A stretch of 61,612 bases of DNA, filler included. It is 3 parts of 3 records of this genome, joined end to end, with 100 filler letters (N's around TTAATTAATTAA, not from the genome) between each part and the next. Parts side by side here need not be neighbours in the genome. Positions count along the whole stretch, not along the records: positions 1 to 21,727 come from SRR22947727_729; positions 21,828 to 43,491 come from SRR22947727_730; 1 more part is not named here. One strand, 5' to 3'. Shown here piece after piece: positions 20,535 through 30,809 of the stretch. Position 1 is the first letter of the stretch, and each line of letters begins with the position of its first letter. Position numbers and translations under genes: made by a program. The notes beneath the pieces are model-generated. The model made no database searches. It had not been told where the DNA came from and saw nothing but the letters and a program-made list of their open reading frames with translations.

Positions 20535-21317
20535 TTATAAATTTATATTTATTTTATTATTTGACTTAGGCAGCCCCCAATGAGAATCATACCTAATATT
20601 AGTTAGATATAAACCATTTGGTGAAAAAGTTGCAGGTACTAAACGACGGTCATTTTGTTTTAACAAAAAGTCAATTCTATTAATATCGATGGCACCATAT
20701 CCTACTTTTAAGATTGTACCCAACATATTTCTAATCTGATGTTGTAAAAAAGCATCTGCAACAAAAGTAAATAGAAAGTATTCTTTGTGTTGCTTTACAC
20801 ATATTTTGGAAATAGTTCTCACTGATGATTTAGCCTGACATTCGGAAGATCTAAAAGCATTAAAATCATGTTTGCCTTTGAACTTTAGTAATGATTTTTT
20901 TATTAGATCAATATTTAGATTATAAAAAGTCCAACCACAATTTTGCCTCATAATTGCTGAATTTATTGGTTGATTTAGCAGTAAGTATTGATATTCCCTC
21001 TGCTTCGCAGAAAAGCGTGCATGAAAATCATCAGAAACCTCAACAGCCCATTTAACACGAATTGATTCAGGTAAAAAAGCATTAATTCCTTTCACCCATG
21101 AATGCATAGATCTTTTTAATTTTGTGTCAAAGTGAATAACCTGACCTAAAGCATGGACACCTGAGTCAGTTCTTCCAGCTGCGGTTGTACCTATATTTTG
21201 TTTAGTAATTGAAAAAATTGCTTTCTCAAGTTCACCTTGTATTGTTTTAACTCTAGGTTGCTTTTGCCAGCCTGAAAAATCTTGTCCCGCATATTCAATT
21301 GAAGCAGCGATTCTCAT
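20535..21317 (-). CDS. truA: tRNA pseudouridine(38-40) synthase
   Basis: EYAGQDFSGWQKQ, AGRTDSGVHA and FHARFSA motifs. Confidence 0.96.
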   Translation of the reverse strand: MRIAASIEYAGQDFSGWQKQPRVKTIQGELEKAIFSITKQNIGTTAAGRTDSGVHALGQVIHFDTKLKRSMHSWVKGINAFLPESIRVKWAVEVSDDFHARFSAKQREYQYLLLNQPINSAIMRQNCGWTFYNLNIDLIKKSLLKFKGKHDFNAFRSSECQAKSSVRTISKICVKQHKEYFLFTFVADAFLQHQIRNMLGTILKVGYGAIDINRIDFLLKQNDRRLVPATFSPNGLYLTNIRYDSHWGLPKSNNKININL

Positions 21318-21382
21318 TTATTAAAAAAAAAAGAAAAAAAACACAAAGGAGAAGTAAAAATGAATACAACATCTTTCCATCT

Positions 21383-21727
21383 TTATCCTTTATTTTTTTT
21401 ATTCATTGCATCAATATATCGATCAGTTGGTTTTAAAGAAGTTGCAGAATCGCTCGTATGATTGAATGTTTCAGATGCTTTTACATCTAATTCTTCATCA
21501 AATAACAAAGAAGCTTTGCGTTTTTTTCTTGAGAGAATTACTAGCAATCCTACAATAGATATTAATAAAAGTGCGAGGAGGAGCATGTGTAAAGTAGTTA
21601 AACCATCTTCTTCTTTGTCTTTAATAATAACCTCAGTAATGTTGTCATCAACACTTGAAATAGATGATTTGAAAGTTTTTGTATCAATTTTAACTGTTGG
21701 CTCTTCGACAGTAACTTCTTTCACTGG
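21383..21727 (-). CDS. C-terminal part of a single-TM protein, 5'-truncated by the contig end; sits where fimV usually lies
   Basis: Frame is open to the contig end; TM helix followed by RKKRK; upstream of truA. No FimV C-terminal motif recognised. Confidence 0.55.
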   Translation of the reverse strand, partial: PVKEVTVEEPTVKIDTKTFKSSISSVDDNITEVIIKDKEEDGLTTLHMLLLALLLISIVGLLVILSRKKRKASLLFDEELDVKASETFNHTSDSATSLKPTDRYIDAMNKKNKG

Positions 21728-21827
21728 NNNNNNNNNNNNNNNNNNNNNNNNNNNNNNNNNNNNNNNNNNNNTTAATTAATTAANNNNNNNNNNNNNNNNN
21801 NNNNNNNNNNNNNNNNNNNNNNNNNNN
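21728..21827. other. Artificial contig-joining spacer
   Basis: 44 N + TTAATTAATTAA (stops in all six frames) + 44 N; genes are truncated on both sides. Confidence 0.97.
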
Positions 21828-22013
21828 TACAATGCCTTCAGCTGCCACTCTGCTTGATGCTTTTGAAGCTTTATTTCCGAAACGTACTCTTAGTATTTCT
21901 TCAGCTCTCGTTGTATCGCCATCAGCTTCATTTAGAGCTTTTTTACAATCCATCATTGGTGCGTCGGTTTTAGCTCTTAAGCTCATTACCATTTTTGCTG
22001 TAATCTCAGCCAT
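21828..22013 (-). CDS. tsf: Elongation factor Ts, N-terminal part (truncated)
   Basis: [27 protein letters not shown]...RVAAEG; follows rpsB. Confidence 0.96.
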
Positions 22014-22040
22014 ACTCTATAAACTCCTAATTAAAATGTT

Positions 22041-22793
22041 TTACTCTTTTTCAGATTTTGATTCCGCTTTTACAGGGTCTTCTTCTTTGACCATCTTAGC
22101 TAAATCATCAATTGCATTTTTTCTTCCTTCAAGAACTGCATCTGCGATGCCTCTTGCATAAAGTCTAATTGCTCTGCTTGAGTCATCGTTACCAGGAATT
22201 ACATAGGCTATATCATCAATTGAGTTGTTTGTATCTACAACCCCAATGATAGGTATGCCCAATTTAGTTGCTTCGACAACTGCGCCACTTTCATAACCAA
22301 CATCAATAACAAAAATAGCATCAGGTAGGGAATTCATATTCTTAATACCCCCTATTGATCTCTCTAACTTCTCATAATCTTTTTTAATGCCTAAAGCTTC
22401 TTTCTTAGTGATTTTATCAATGCTTCCATCTTCTAACATCAACTGCAATTCATTGAGGCGTTTGATTGATTGTTTTACTGTTTTGAAGTTTGTTAACATA
22501 CCACCAAGCCATCTATGGTTAACATAGGCACAATCCGCTCGAATTGCTTCCTCTTTGATAATCTCCCTAGCTTGTCTTTTCGTTGCGACAAAAAGTATTC
22601 GTCCTTTGTTTGCAGCCAATGTTTTTACATACTTCATTGTCTCTTCAAACATAGGAAGAGTCTTTTCGAGGTTGATTATATGAATTTTATTTCTGTCGCC
22701 AAAAATATAGGGAGCCATTTTAGGGTCCCAGTATCTGGTTTGATGCCCAAAGTGGACGCCAGCTTCAAGCATTTGTCTCATTGTTACAGACAT
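22041..22793 (-). CDS. rpsB: 30S ribosomal protein S2
   Basis: [29 protein letters not shown] and PGNDD motifs. Confidence 0.99.
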   Translation of the reverse strand: MSVTMRQMLEAGVHFGHQTRYWDPKMAPYIFGDRNKIHIINLEKTLPMFEETMKYVKTLAANKGRILFVATKRQAREIIKEEAIRADCAYVNHRWLGGMLTNFKTVKQSIKRLNELQLMLEDGSIDKITKKEALGIKKDYEKLERSIGGIKNMNSLPDAIFVIDVGYESGAVVEATKLGIPIIGVVDTNNSIDDIAYVIPGNDDSSRAIRLYARGIADAVLEGRKNAIDDLAKMVKEEDPVKAESKSEKE

Positions 22794-22799
22794 AATTTT

Positions 22800-22866
22800 C
22801 TCCTTTAAGGGTTATAACTGCACTAAGTTTAAAAATGCTAAGCACCCTTAAAAAAACTTAGTGGAA
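22800..22866 (-). ncRNA. rpsB 5' leader (S2 autoregulatory, t44-like)
   Basis: 10-bp stem CACTAAGTTT/AAACTTAGTG encloses TTTAAGGGTGC; TTTAAGGGT is complementary to ACCCTTAAA next to the SD, giving the GGGU/ACCC pseudoknot typical of rpsB leaders. Confidence 0.7.
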
Positions 22867-22888
22867 ATTTTAAAAATAATTCGACGAC

Positions 22889-22897
22889 ATGATACCA
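22889..22897 (-). promoter_or_regulatory. Extended -10 promoter of rpsB-tsf
   Basis: Minus strand TG-G-TATCAT just upstream of the leader; rpsB promoters are known to be extended -10 type. Confidence 0.6.
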
Positions 22898-22937
22898 TAT
22901 TTGTAAAAGATTTTTTACAATTTAAATAGTAATTTTT

Positions 22938-23732
22938 ATGCCAATTATAATTAATAATCAAGAAGATATAAAAAAAATGAGAGTTGCGGGTAAATTAGCA
23001 TCTGAAGTCTTAGATTTTATAACTCCTTTAATTGAACCAAATATCACAACTGATAAAATTGATACCCTATGTCATGAATTTATGACAAAAGAACAAGGAA
23101 CAATCCCAGCTCCATTAAATTATGCGCCGCCTGGACATTCACCCTTTCCAAAATCTATTTGTACATCTGTAAACAATCAAATATGCCATGGAATACCTGG
23201 CGCAAAAATCTTAAAAAAAGGCGATATAGTGAATATTGATATTACAGTTATAAAAGATGGATATCATGGCGATACAAGCCGTATGTTTTTTGTAGGGGAA
23301 CCTTCTATTCAAGCTAAAAGACTTTGTGAGATTACTTACCAATCTATGTGGCTAGGCATAAGGCAAGTCAAAGCAGGAGCTCATTTAGGGGATATTGGCT
23401 ATGCAATCCAAAAATTTGCTGAATCTAATTCATATAGTGTTGTGCGAGAATTTTGCGGGCATGGAATAGGTAAAGTTTTCCATGATGAGCCACAAGTGCT
23501 TCATTATGGATCTCCTGGGGAAGGTCTCAAGTTAGAGGCAGGAATGATCTTTACTATTGAACCGATGATAAATGCCGGAAAAAAAGATATTAAAGTTTTA
23601 CCTGACAAGTGGACTGTTGTTACAAAAGATAGGAGTTTGTCGGCGCAATGGGAACATACAATATTGGTAACAAATTCTGGCTATGAAGTGCTTACTGTTT
23701 CAGATAAAACCCCAAAGCCTTTTCTAGATTAG
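22938..23732 (+). CDS. map: Methionine aminopeptidase type I
   Basis: SICTSVNNQICHGIP, DIT...HGDTS, FCGHGIG, FTIEPM, SAQWEHT. Confidence 0.98.
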   Translation: MPIIINNQEDIKKMRVAGKLASEVLDFITPLIEPNITTDKIDTLCHEFMTKEQGTIPAPLNYAPPGHSPFPKSICTSVNNQICHGIPGAKILKKGDIVNIDITVIKDGYHGDTSRMFFVGEPSIQAKRLCEITYQSMWLGIRQVKAGAHLGDIGYAIQKFAESNSYSVVREFCGHGIGKVFHDEPQVLHYGSPGEGLKLEAGMIFTIEPMINAGKKDIKVLPDKWTVVTKDRSLSAQWEHTILVTNSGYEVLTVSDKTPKPFLD

Positions 23733-23741
23733 AATTTAAAC

Positions 23742-26273
23742 ATGCCCTCCAATATCGTTGCAATCGAAAAAAAGAGTTATCAAAGGCAATTTGATAGTCT
23801 ATGTGATCAATTCATAAAAAAAATCAATGGGGGGTTATTTTTAAAAAAGCACACAAAGCTTGTTGATAGTCTATTAATAAAACTATGGATAGATAGTGCT
23901 GTTTCCGAAAAAAATACACTTATTGCTGTTGGAGGTTATGGAAGAAACGAATTATTTCCATACTCTGATGTTGACATACTGGTCCTGCATAATGAAAAAA
24001 ATTTGGAAAATGATAAAAATATTTCTGAGTTCATCACAAAATGTTGGGATGTTGGTTTAAAAATTGGCCATAGTGTTAGGAATCTCTCGCAAGTAAAAGA
24101 AGAATTTAAAGCAGACATATCGACAGCTACCAACCTACTCGAAGCAAGATTAGTGTATGGAAGCGATAAGCTTTATTTAAAATTCAATTCAACAGTTAAT
24201 AAAATAACTAACATTAAAAGGTTCTATAAAGAAAAAATAATCGAGCAAACCATCCGTCACAAAAAGTACAAAGATTCAGCCTATCAGCTCGAGCCAAATA
24301 TTAAAGAAAGTCCTGGCGGTTTAAGAGATTTACAGATGATTCTATGGATTTCCTTAAGCCAAAAAAAAGGTAAAACTTTTGAAGAGTTATACCAAAAAGG
24401 AATTTTGACTATTGATCAATATAAAAAAATTAGACTTACAGTCAGCAAGGTAACAAATTACCGCGCTCTTCTTCATATTCTATCTAAATCTACAGATGAC
24501 AGGCTTACTTTTGATGTTCAAGCCAGATTATCTACAGCATTAGGTTACCAGGCAAAGAGGAATAAAAAATCTAGTGAAGTTCTAATGAAAAATTATTATA
24601 AATCAGTTAATTACATAATATTATTAAATGAAATTATATTAAAAAGACTTAATCCAAATGATTCTAAAATTATTCAAATTAAAGACCAATTTCCCTTTAC
24701 CCTTTCAAATCATTTAATTGATATAGATAAGGTACATATGCCAATGATAAATAAGTATGCTTTCGAACCTTTCATACTTCTTCAAAAAATAAAGAAGGCG
24801 AACGGTTTCGGAGCAAACCTTTTGGAAGCCCTAAATAGCTTTGGGCCATTAATAAATGAAAACTATAGAAATAAAAAAATAAATCAATCTAAATTCATCG
24901 AAGTTATTTCAGGCCATGAAAAAGTAAATAGATCCTTACGACTGATGAATAAATGCAATATTTTAGGAAATTTCATTCCGGCATTTGGCAAGGTTGTTGC
25001 GCAAATGCAGCATGATCTTTTTCATATCTATACCGTGGATGAGCACACCTTAAATGTCATTGAAAATATAAGAAGGTTTGGCAAAGCAAGTTTAAAACAC
25101 GAGTTTCCAGAGTGTCATAAGATATTTCTTAAATTTAAAAAACCATACCTCTTATACTTAGGCGCAATTTTTCATGATATTGCAAAAGGTAGAGGTGGCG
25201 ATCATTCTGAGCTCGGTTTTGGTATTGCTATGAAATTTTGTAAAAAAATGCACTTACCATATAACGATACCCTTTTAATCGCATGGCTTGTCAAATCACA
25301 CCTTAAAATGTCTCAAATTGCACAAAAAAGTGATATTTCTGACCCACAGGTAATTCATGAGTTTAAAGATTTAGTAGGGACACAAACTTATCTCGATGCA
25401 CTATATCTCCTTACAGTGGCTGATATAAGAGGTACGAGTCCGCATGTTTGGAACCAATGGAAAGCAAGCCTAATTTATAACTTATACGCCTCAACAACTA
25501 AATTACTAAGTGAGCATCATAGATCACCTAATGAAATGGTCAGTGATCGAAAAAATGAGGTTGCTAAAATTCTTTCTCAATATTCAATTAAAAAAGATCA
25601 CTATAATGAATTTTGGCAAAAGCTTGATGTTAATTATTTTATGAAGTTCGATGCCAATGAAATAGCCTGGCAAACAAGGTTGCTTATGGCACACATCCAT
25701 TCAGAAGTGCCTGTTGTAAGAGTTCATCATCACAAAGGCAGTTTTATTGAGGTGCTTATTTATACAAAGAATCAGGCTTCATTATTTGAAAAAATAACAA
25801 ACTTTTTCTATAAAAACCAAATTGATATTTTAGAAGCAAAAATCTATACAACTTCACATGATTATGCTCTGGATATTTTTCATATGATGGATGATAACAA
25901 GGCAAATGAAAGTTACAACCAACTTTTTCAGGACCTTGAACAAGGCCTAGCAGATATCATTCCACGTAAGTTGGAAACTAAAAAAATATCATTACGAAAA
26001 ACTCGACAGGCTGAACACCATGACATCCAGACTATTGTTAATAATAAAGTTATTAATAATACTCAATTTGAATTAGAAATTATTACTGACTCAAGACCTG
26101 GGCTTTTAAACATGATTAGTGGTGAAATTAATCAGCTTAATCTTGAAATAGATAAAGCAAGAATAAATACCCTAGGCAATAGAGCAGAAGATTTTTTTCT
26201 CATCACTTCAAAAAAATTACATCAAGATACAATAAAACAACTTAAAAAAAATATTCTAGAGCGCCTAGCTTAA
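23742..26273 (+). CDS. glnD: PII uridylyltransferase/uridylyl-removing enzyme
   Basis: AVGGYGRNELFPYSDVD NT domain, EPNIKESPGGLRD, HIYTVDEH...FHDIAKGRGGDHS HD domain, two ACT domains; map-glnD synteny. Confidence 0.96.
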   Translation: MPSNIVAIEKKSYQRQFDSLCDQFIKKINGGLFLKKHTKLVDSLLIKLWIDSAVSEKNTLIAVGGYGRNELFPYSDVDILVLHNEKNLENDKNISEFITKCWDVGLKIGHSVRNLSQVKEEFKADISTATNLLEARLVYGSDKLYLKFNSTVNKITNIKRFYKEKIIEQTIRHKKYKDSAYQLEPNIKESPGGLRDLQMILWISLSQKKGKTFEELYQKGILTIDQYKKIRLTVSKVTNYRALLHILSKSTDDRLTFDVQARLSTALGYQAKRNKKSSEVLMKNYYKSVNYIILLNEIILKRLNPNDSKIIQIKDQFPFTLSNHLIDIDKVHMPMINKYAFEPFILLQKIKKANGFGANLLEALNSFGPLINENYRNKKINQSKFIEVISGHEKVNRSLRLMNKCNILGNFIPAFGKVVAQMQHDLFHIYTVDEHTLNVIENIRRFGKASLKHEFPECHKIFLKFKKPYLLYLGAIFHDIAKGRGGDHSELGFGIAMKFCKKMHLPYNDTLLIAWLVKSHLKMSQIAQKSDISDPQVIHEFKDLVGTQTYLDALYLLTVADIRGTSPHVWNQWKASLIYNLYASTTKLLSEHHRSPNEMVSDRKNEVAKILSQYSIKKDHYNEFWQKLDVNYFMKFDANEIAWQTRLLMAHIHSEVPVVRVHHHKGSFIEVLIYTKNQASLFEKITNFFYKNQIDILEAKIYTTSHDYALDIFHMMDDNKANESYNQLFQDLEQGLADIIPRKLETKKISLRKTRQAEHHDIQTIVNNKVINNTQFELEIITDSRPGLLNMISGEINQLNLEIDKARINTLGNRAEDFFLITSKKLHQDTIKQLKKNILERLA

Positions 26274-26277
26274 GCAC

Positions 26278-27786
26278 CTAATCCTTCTTAAACAATTTAC
26301 TCCATTTTTTAACTCCTTCTTCATGCAAAGAGTCCCCTTCTGTATTGGCTGCCAAAGTAACGGGCATATCTTTGACTTCAAACTCATATATCCCCTCCAT
26401 CCCCAGCTCAGGAAATGCTATAAGCTTTGAAGATTTAATAGCTTGTGAAATTAGGTAGGCTGCACCGCCAATAGCAATAAAATAAACTGCTTTATTTTTT
26501 TTAATGCTCTCTAATGCTTCCTTCCCTCTCTCGGCTTTTCCAATCATGCCAATAACTCCGTAATCTTCAAGCATAAGAGATGAATACTTGTCCATCCTGG
26601 TTGATGTTGTTGGTCCAGCAGGACCTACGACCTCATTACCTACTGGGTCAACCGGACCCACGTAATAAATAAAGCGATTTTTTAAATCTAAGCCATCAGG
26701 TAATGGTTGCTTATTGTCTACCAATTCTTTTAATTTTTTATGTGCCGCATCTCTTGCTGTTAAAATTTTTCCACTGAGCAATAAACTTTGACCAAGCTTA
26801 AATTTTTCTAAATCTTTTTTCTGCAAAGTATTTAAGTTGATCCTTAGAGCTGTTTCTTTTGGCGACCACTCATCTTTAGGCCATACTTCAAGATTGGGTG
26901 GATTTAACTTAGCTGGACCCTCAGGTGGCATTCTAAAATGAATGTGTCTATTGGCAGCACAATTAGGAATAATTGCAACAGGAAGCGATGCAGCATGTGT
27001 AGGATAGTCTCTAATCTTAACATCCAAAACAGTTGTCATACCCCCAAGGCCCTGGGCACCAATACCTAATTGATTAATTTTTTCATATAACTCAATTCTT
27101 AAATTTTCAATTACATTTGATGGTCCCTTTTGAATTATTTCTTGAATATTAATAGATTCAAATAATGATTCTTTAGCCATAAGCATTGCTTTTTCTGCTG
27201 TACCACCAATCCCAACACCTAAGACACCTGGAGGACACCACCCTGCTCCCATTTTAGGTATTTCATCCAAAATAAAATCAACAATACTATCTGATGGGTT
27301 TAACATACCAAGAGAAGCTTTGTTTTCTGATCCAGCACCTTTTGCAGCAATACTTATATCCAAATTATCTCCTGGAACTAGGCTGATATGAACAACCGCA
27401 GGTGAATTATCTTTCGTATTTAACCTATCTGATATTGGGTCTTTAACAATTGAAGCTCTTAATGGATTGCCTTTATCAAGATAGGCATTTCTTACCCCTT
27501 GATTCACCATTTCCTCAATTGTTTTATCTGAATCCCATTTCAGGTCCATACCTTGTTTGACGAAGACTGTAACGATACCGGTATCTTGGCATATTGGACG
27601 GTTATTAAATGCTGAAAGTTTTGAATTTGTTAAAATTTGTAGAATGGCGTCTTTCGCAGCATCTGACCTTTCAACCTCTAATGCGCTTTTCATTGCAAGG
27701 ATAAAATCCTCAGAATGATAATAAGAAATATATTGAAGAGCGTTAGCTATCGATTCGATAAAATCATTTTTTTTTATGGCACCCAT
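26278..27786 (-). CDS. fumA: Class I (Fe-S) fumarate hydratase
   Basis: RPICQDTG, KGAGSEN, GWCPP, NCAANRH, ARDAAH and GPAGPTTSTRM motifs. Confidence 0.93.
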   Translation of the reverse strand: MGAIKKNDFIESIANALQYISYYHSEDFILAMKSALEVERSDAAKDAILQILTNSKLSAFNNRPICQDTGIVTVFVKQGMDLKWDSDKTIEEMVNQGVRNAYLDKGNPLRASIVKDPISDRLNTKDNSPAVVHISLVPGDNLDISIAAKGAGSENKASLGMLNPSDSIVDFILDEIPKMGAGWCPPGVLGVGIGGTAEKAMLMAKESLFESINIQEIIQKGPSNVIENLRIELYEKINQLGIGAQGLGGMTTVLDVKIRDYPTHAASLPVAIIPNCAANRHIHFRMPPEGPAKLNPPNLEVWPKDEWSPKETALRINLNTLQKKDLEKFKLGQSLLLSGKILTARDAAHKKLKELVDNKQPLPDGLDLKNRFIYYVGPVDPVGNEVVGPAGPTTSTRMDKYSSLMLEDYGVIGMIGKAERGKEALESIKKNKAVYFIAIGGAAYLISQAIKSSKLIAFPELGMEGIYEFEVKDMPVTLAANTEGDSLHEEGVKKWSKLFKKD

Positions 27787-29420
27787 TACCTTACATCCGA
27801 TTTTTCAATAATAATTTCTTTTGTTATTTGTTTTCTCAATATTTTTCCATTTTTTGTTTTCGGAAATTCAGTTGCTATATAAACAATTTTTGGAGCTTTA
27901 TAGGCCGCTAAGTTTTCCCTTCCATACTGAACAAATTGATTTGGATGGAGGTGGCTTGATTTATTAAGTATAATATATATAACAACAAGAACTTTTCCAT
28001 CTTCTTGCTTTTCACCCAATGCGACGCAATTCTCAATTAATTTATGAGATTTAAATACTCTTTCAATTTCATAAGGGGAAACACGATATCCAAAGCTTTT
28101 AATGATGTCATCCTTCCTGCCCAAGAACCATAAATAACCTTCTTTATCGTATCTTGCAAAATCACCCGTAAAAAACCAATTATTATTTTTATACTTTGAA
28201 GTTTCTTGATCCATATTCCAATATTTAATAAAAAGACCAGGATCGTTTTCAGGGATACAAATCATTCCCTCCTCATCCGTTTTTACTTCCTCAAGCGTCT
28301 CAGGATTTAAAAGTTTTACATCATGTCCTGGCTGTGGAAACCCAGCAGACCCAGGTTTTATAGGATATTTTACTGATTGAGATATATAATATGAGAATTC
28401 GGACATTCCTACTGCCTCATATATGTTTAAATTAAATCTCTCAAACCAGGAATTAAAAATTTCATCAGATAAATGCTCACCAGCGCTCATGCAATGGTGT
28501 AGTGTTGGGACATTAGTCTTGTTTGCTTCTGTTTTTTTTAAAATTTGTCGATATATGGTTGGTACACCGATAAAAATAGTTGCCTTGTGTTTTTCAATTA
28601 AATTAATCCATCCATCTGCATCATTTTTACCCTCATGAACGATGACAGTTTTCCCCAGATAGAGAGGATCCATTAGCCCTGAACCAAGAACATAAGTCCA
28701 ATTAAACTTTCCTGTATGCACTATTCTGTCATCTGGATTTATAAAATTAAACCAATATTTTGAAGCTGGGCCTCTTCCCAATAGAGCTCTATGCGCATGA
28801 AGAACTCCTTTTGGGTATCCTGTCGTGCCTGAGGTATAGACAAGATAGGCCGGATCTTCAGAAAAAGTTTTTGGGTTCTCAGTCAAAGAAGTAATATTAT
28901 TTAATTCTTTATCCAGCGACAAAACTTCCATCCCACTTCTACAATCTTCAAACTCCCCAGAAATGAAAACCTTTTTTAAATATTTGAAATCACTTAACAT
29001 GGGCAAAAGTGATTTCCATGTTTTAAGATCTGTTACCAATACCTCTGCAGAAGAGTCATTTGCTAGATATAAAATTTCTTTTGGTGTTAGTAAGGTTGAA
29101 GTAGGTACTGATATACACGCTGCTTTCATGGTGCCTAAGAAAGAAATTGGGTAATGTAAACAATTTGAAAGTCTTATAAGAATTCTAGACTGCTTTTTAA
29201 GTTTAAGATTCTTTAAAAATTCAGCAAATTGATTAGATTTTGTAGCTAAGATTTCATAAGTGATTGAAGATGTTCCCTTTATATCATCTTCAACAATCAT
29301 AGCAATTTTATCTTTTTTACCCTCTTTGCAAACCCTGTCAGAACAAGCCTCTCCAATATTAAAGAATTTCGGAATGCTCCATTTCCATTTAGTTTGATTA
29401 GCATTTTGATAAACAGTCAT
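27786..29420 (-). CDS. AMP-forming acyl-CoA synthetase, substrate unknown (start revised to ATG 29420)
   Basis: YTSGTTGYPKG AMP-binding motif, TGD, GRKDDIIKSFGYRVSPYEIE, PKTKNGKILR; TAATG overlaps with both neighbours. Confidence 0.9.
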   Translation of the reverse strand: MTVYQNANQTKWKWSIPKFFNIGEACSDRVCKEGKKDKIAMIVEDDIKGTSSITYEILATKSNQFAEFLKNLKLKKQSRILIRLSNCLHYPISFLGTMKAACISVPTSTLLTPKEILYLANDSSAEVLVTDLKTWKSLLPMLSDFKYLKKVFISGEFEDCRSGMEVLSLDKELNNITSLTENPKTFSEDPAYLVYTSGTTGYPKGVLHAHRALLGRGPASKYWFNFINPDDRIVHTGKFNWTYVLGSGLMDPLYLGKTVIVHEGKNDADGWINLIEKHKATIFIGVPTIYRQILKKTEANKTNVPTLHHCMSAGEHLSDEIFNSWFERFNLNIYEAVGMSEFSYYISQSVKYPIKPGSAGFPQPGHDVKLLNPETLEEVKTDEEGMICIPENDPGLFIKYWNMDQETSKYKNNNWFFTGDFARYDKEGYLWFLGRKDDIIKSFGYRVSPYEIERVFKSHKLIENCVALGEKQEDGKVLVVIYIILNKSSHLHPNQFVQYGRENLAAYKAPKIVYIATEFPKTKNGKILRKQITKEIIIEKSDVR

Positions 29421-30595
29421 TACTGAATTTCTCCATAAGGCCAATTTTGCCTTATAACCTGTTGGGGAAGTTTATTTAAGACTTCTAAAGTAAAGCCTAT
29501 ATCATCATCTTTCAATGCATTCAGTGCATAAGCTCTCAGAAGTGTTTGTAATGCTTTTCCGAACATTGGTGGGTCTAACATCTCACCCTCAAATTTAATT
29601 GCACCGCCCTCAAGTGCATCGGCTTCTATCGCTGCTTTTAAAATCCTTATTTTAAGTTTTATATCTGTAGGTGATGGAGTATAAGCTACCTTACAAAGGT
29701 GGATATGTCCTGGATGAATAACTTGCTTACCTGTTAGACCTAATTCTCTCTCTCTAACGGCATGCTTGTATACAATTCTCGACTCATCGTCACCGTGTAA
29801 ATCCAACCAACGCCTAACATCGTGTGGCTCTAAAAAATTACTTGGCATAATTGTTTGTCCAATCAAGGTTTCAACGCCACCAATTACACCCTTACCAGAA
29901 ATTCTTGCTTCAAACATAAGTTGATTCAAAAAGAAATTAAGTTCATCAATCCATCCTATTGGGGTGATGTTTATCCCCATTGCCTTTGAGAAGTCATGAA
30001 TCCCAAAAACTACATGTTTTACTGAGGAGAATGCCATGAGATCAGTTGCAATTTTCAAAGATTTTGGATGCTCGATAATTGGCTGTATTGTGATTTTTTC
30101 ATTAAGGTCAACAAGGTTACTTGAAAGATCTCTTATCTCTGCTGCACCATAAACCTCGCCGGCTTTTGACAACATTACTACGTCAATACATTCAGGTAGT
30201 TTTTTTAAAAACTCTAAATCGTTTATATATTCCTCCGTTCGAAACGGATTAATTCGAATTGCTATGCTGATATCTGGTCGGCTTTCTCTTAACCCAAGAA
30301 GTTCTTTTTCTAACAAAGTTCGACTCATTTCTTTTTGTCGACACCCATCCTCTAAATCAAATATTATGGTGTGAGCTTCAGTCGTATAAGCATGCTTTTT
30401 CATTCTTTTTGCAGCACCAATTAGATCTTCATAAACGCCTGAGGATGGTGAATATTTTACCGGAGGATAATAAAGCTGAATGCCTGGCCAGACACCTCCT
30501 AGAAGGTCATGGCTAAGATGGTCAATTTCAATTTTTTGATGCTGCCTTGAAATTTTATTTTTCACTTTCAATTTCCTTTTGATTTTTAGGGTCAA
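29420..30595 (-). CDS. CitE/HpcH-superfamily acyl-CoA C-C lyase (start may be GTG 30565)
   Basis: IFDLEDG, IRIN, IIEHP, FGIHDF, GKQVIHP, YTPS and GEMLDPP motifs of the CitE/malyl-CoA lyase fold. Confidence 0.85.
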   Translation of the reverse strand: MTLKIKRKLKVKNKISRQHQKIEIDHLSHDLLGGVWPGIQLYYPPVKYSPSSGVYEDLIGAAKRMKKHAYTTEAHTIIFDLEDGCRQKEMSRTLLEKELLGLRESRPDISIAIRINPFRTEEYINDLEFLKKLPECIDVVMLSKAGEVYGAAEIRDLSSNLVDLNEKITIQPIIEHPKSLKIATDLMAFSSVKHVVFGIHDFSKAMGINITPIGWIDELNFFLNQLMFEARISGKGVIGGVETLIGQTIMPSNFLEPHDVRRWLDLHGDDESRIVYKHAVRERELGLTGKQVIHPGHIHLCKVAYTPSPTDIKLKIRILKAAIEADALEGGAIKFEGEMLDPPMFGKALQTLLRAYALNALKDDDIGFTLEVLNKLPQQVIRQNWPYGEIQ

Positions 30596-30809
30596 TTAAG
30601 TTAACTAATGAATTATATTTTTTGGAATAATGTTTAGAATCTAAGGCATGCCAAATATCATTGTCATCCATTTCTAAAAACTCTAAAAAAAGTTTTTTCT
30701 TCTCATTTGATAAATGGAAGAATTTATTTTCATAGAAATTATTTAGAATCAAATCAAGTTCTAATAACCCTCTTCTGCAGCGATATTTAATAAGATTGTT
30801 TAATGTCAT
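30555..30809 (-). CDS. sdhE: Succinate dehydrogenase flavinylation factor
   Basis: YRCRRGLLELD motif; follows sdhB. Confidence 0.93.
   Translation of the reverse strand: MTLNNLIKYRCRRGLLELDLILNNFYENKFFHLSNEKKKLFLEFLEMDDNDIWHALDSKHYSKKYNSLVNLIDPKNQKEIESEK

Noticed and set aside
21772-21783. TTAATTAATTAA palindrome, repeated at 43536-43547, as a biological repeat or att site
   Set aside because: Flanked by exactly 44 N on each side both times; it is a standard six-frame-stop linker.
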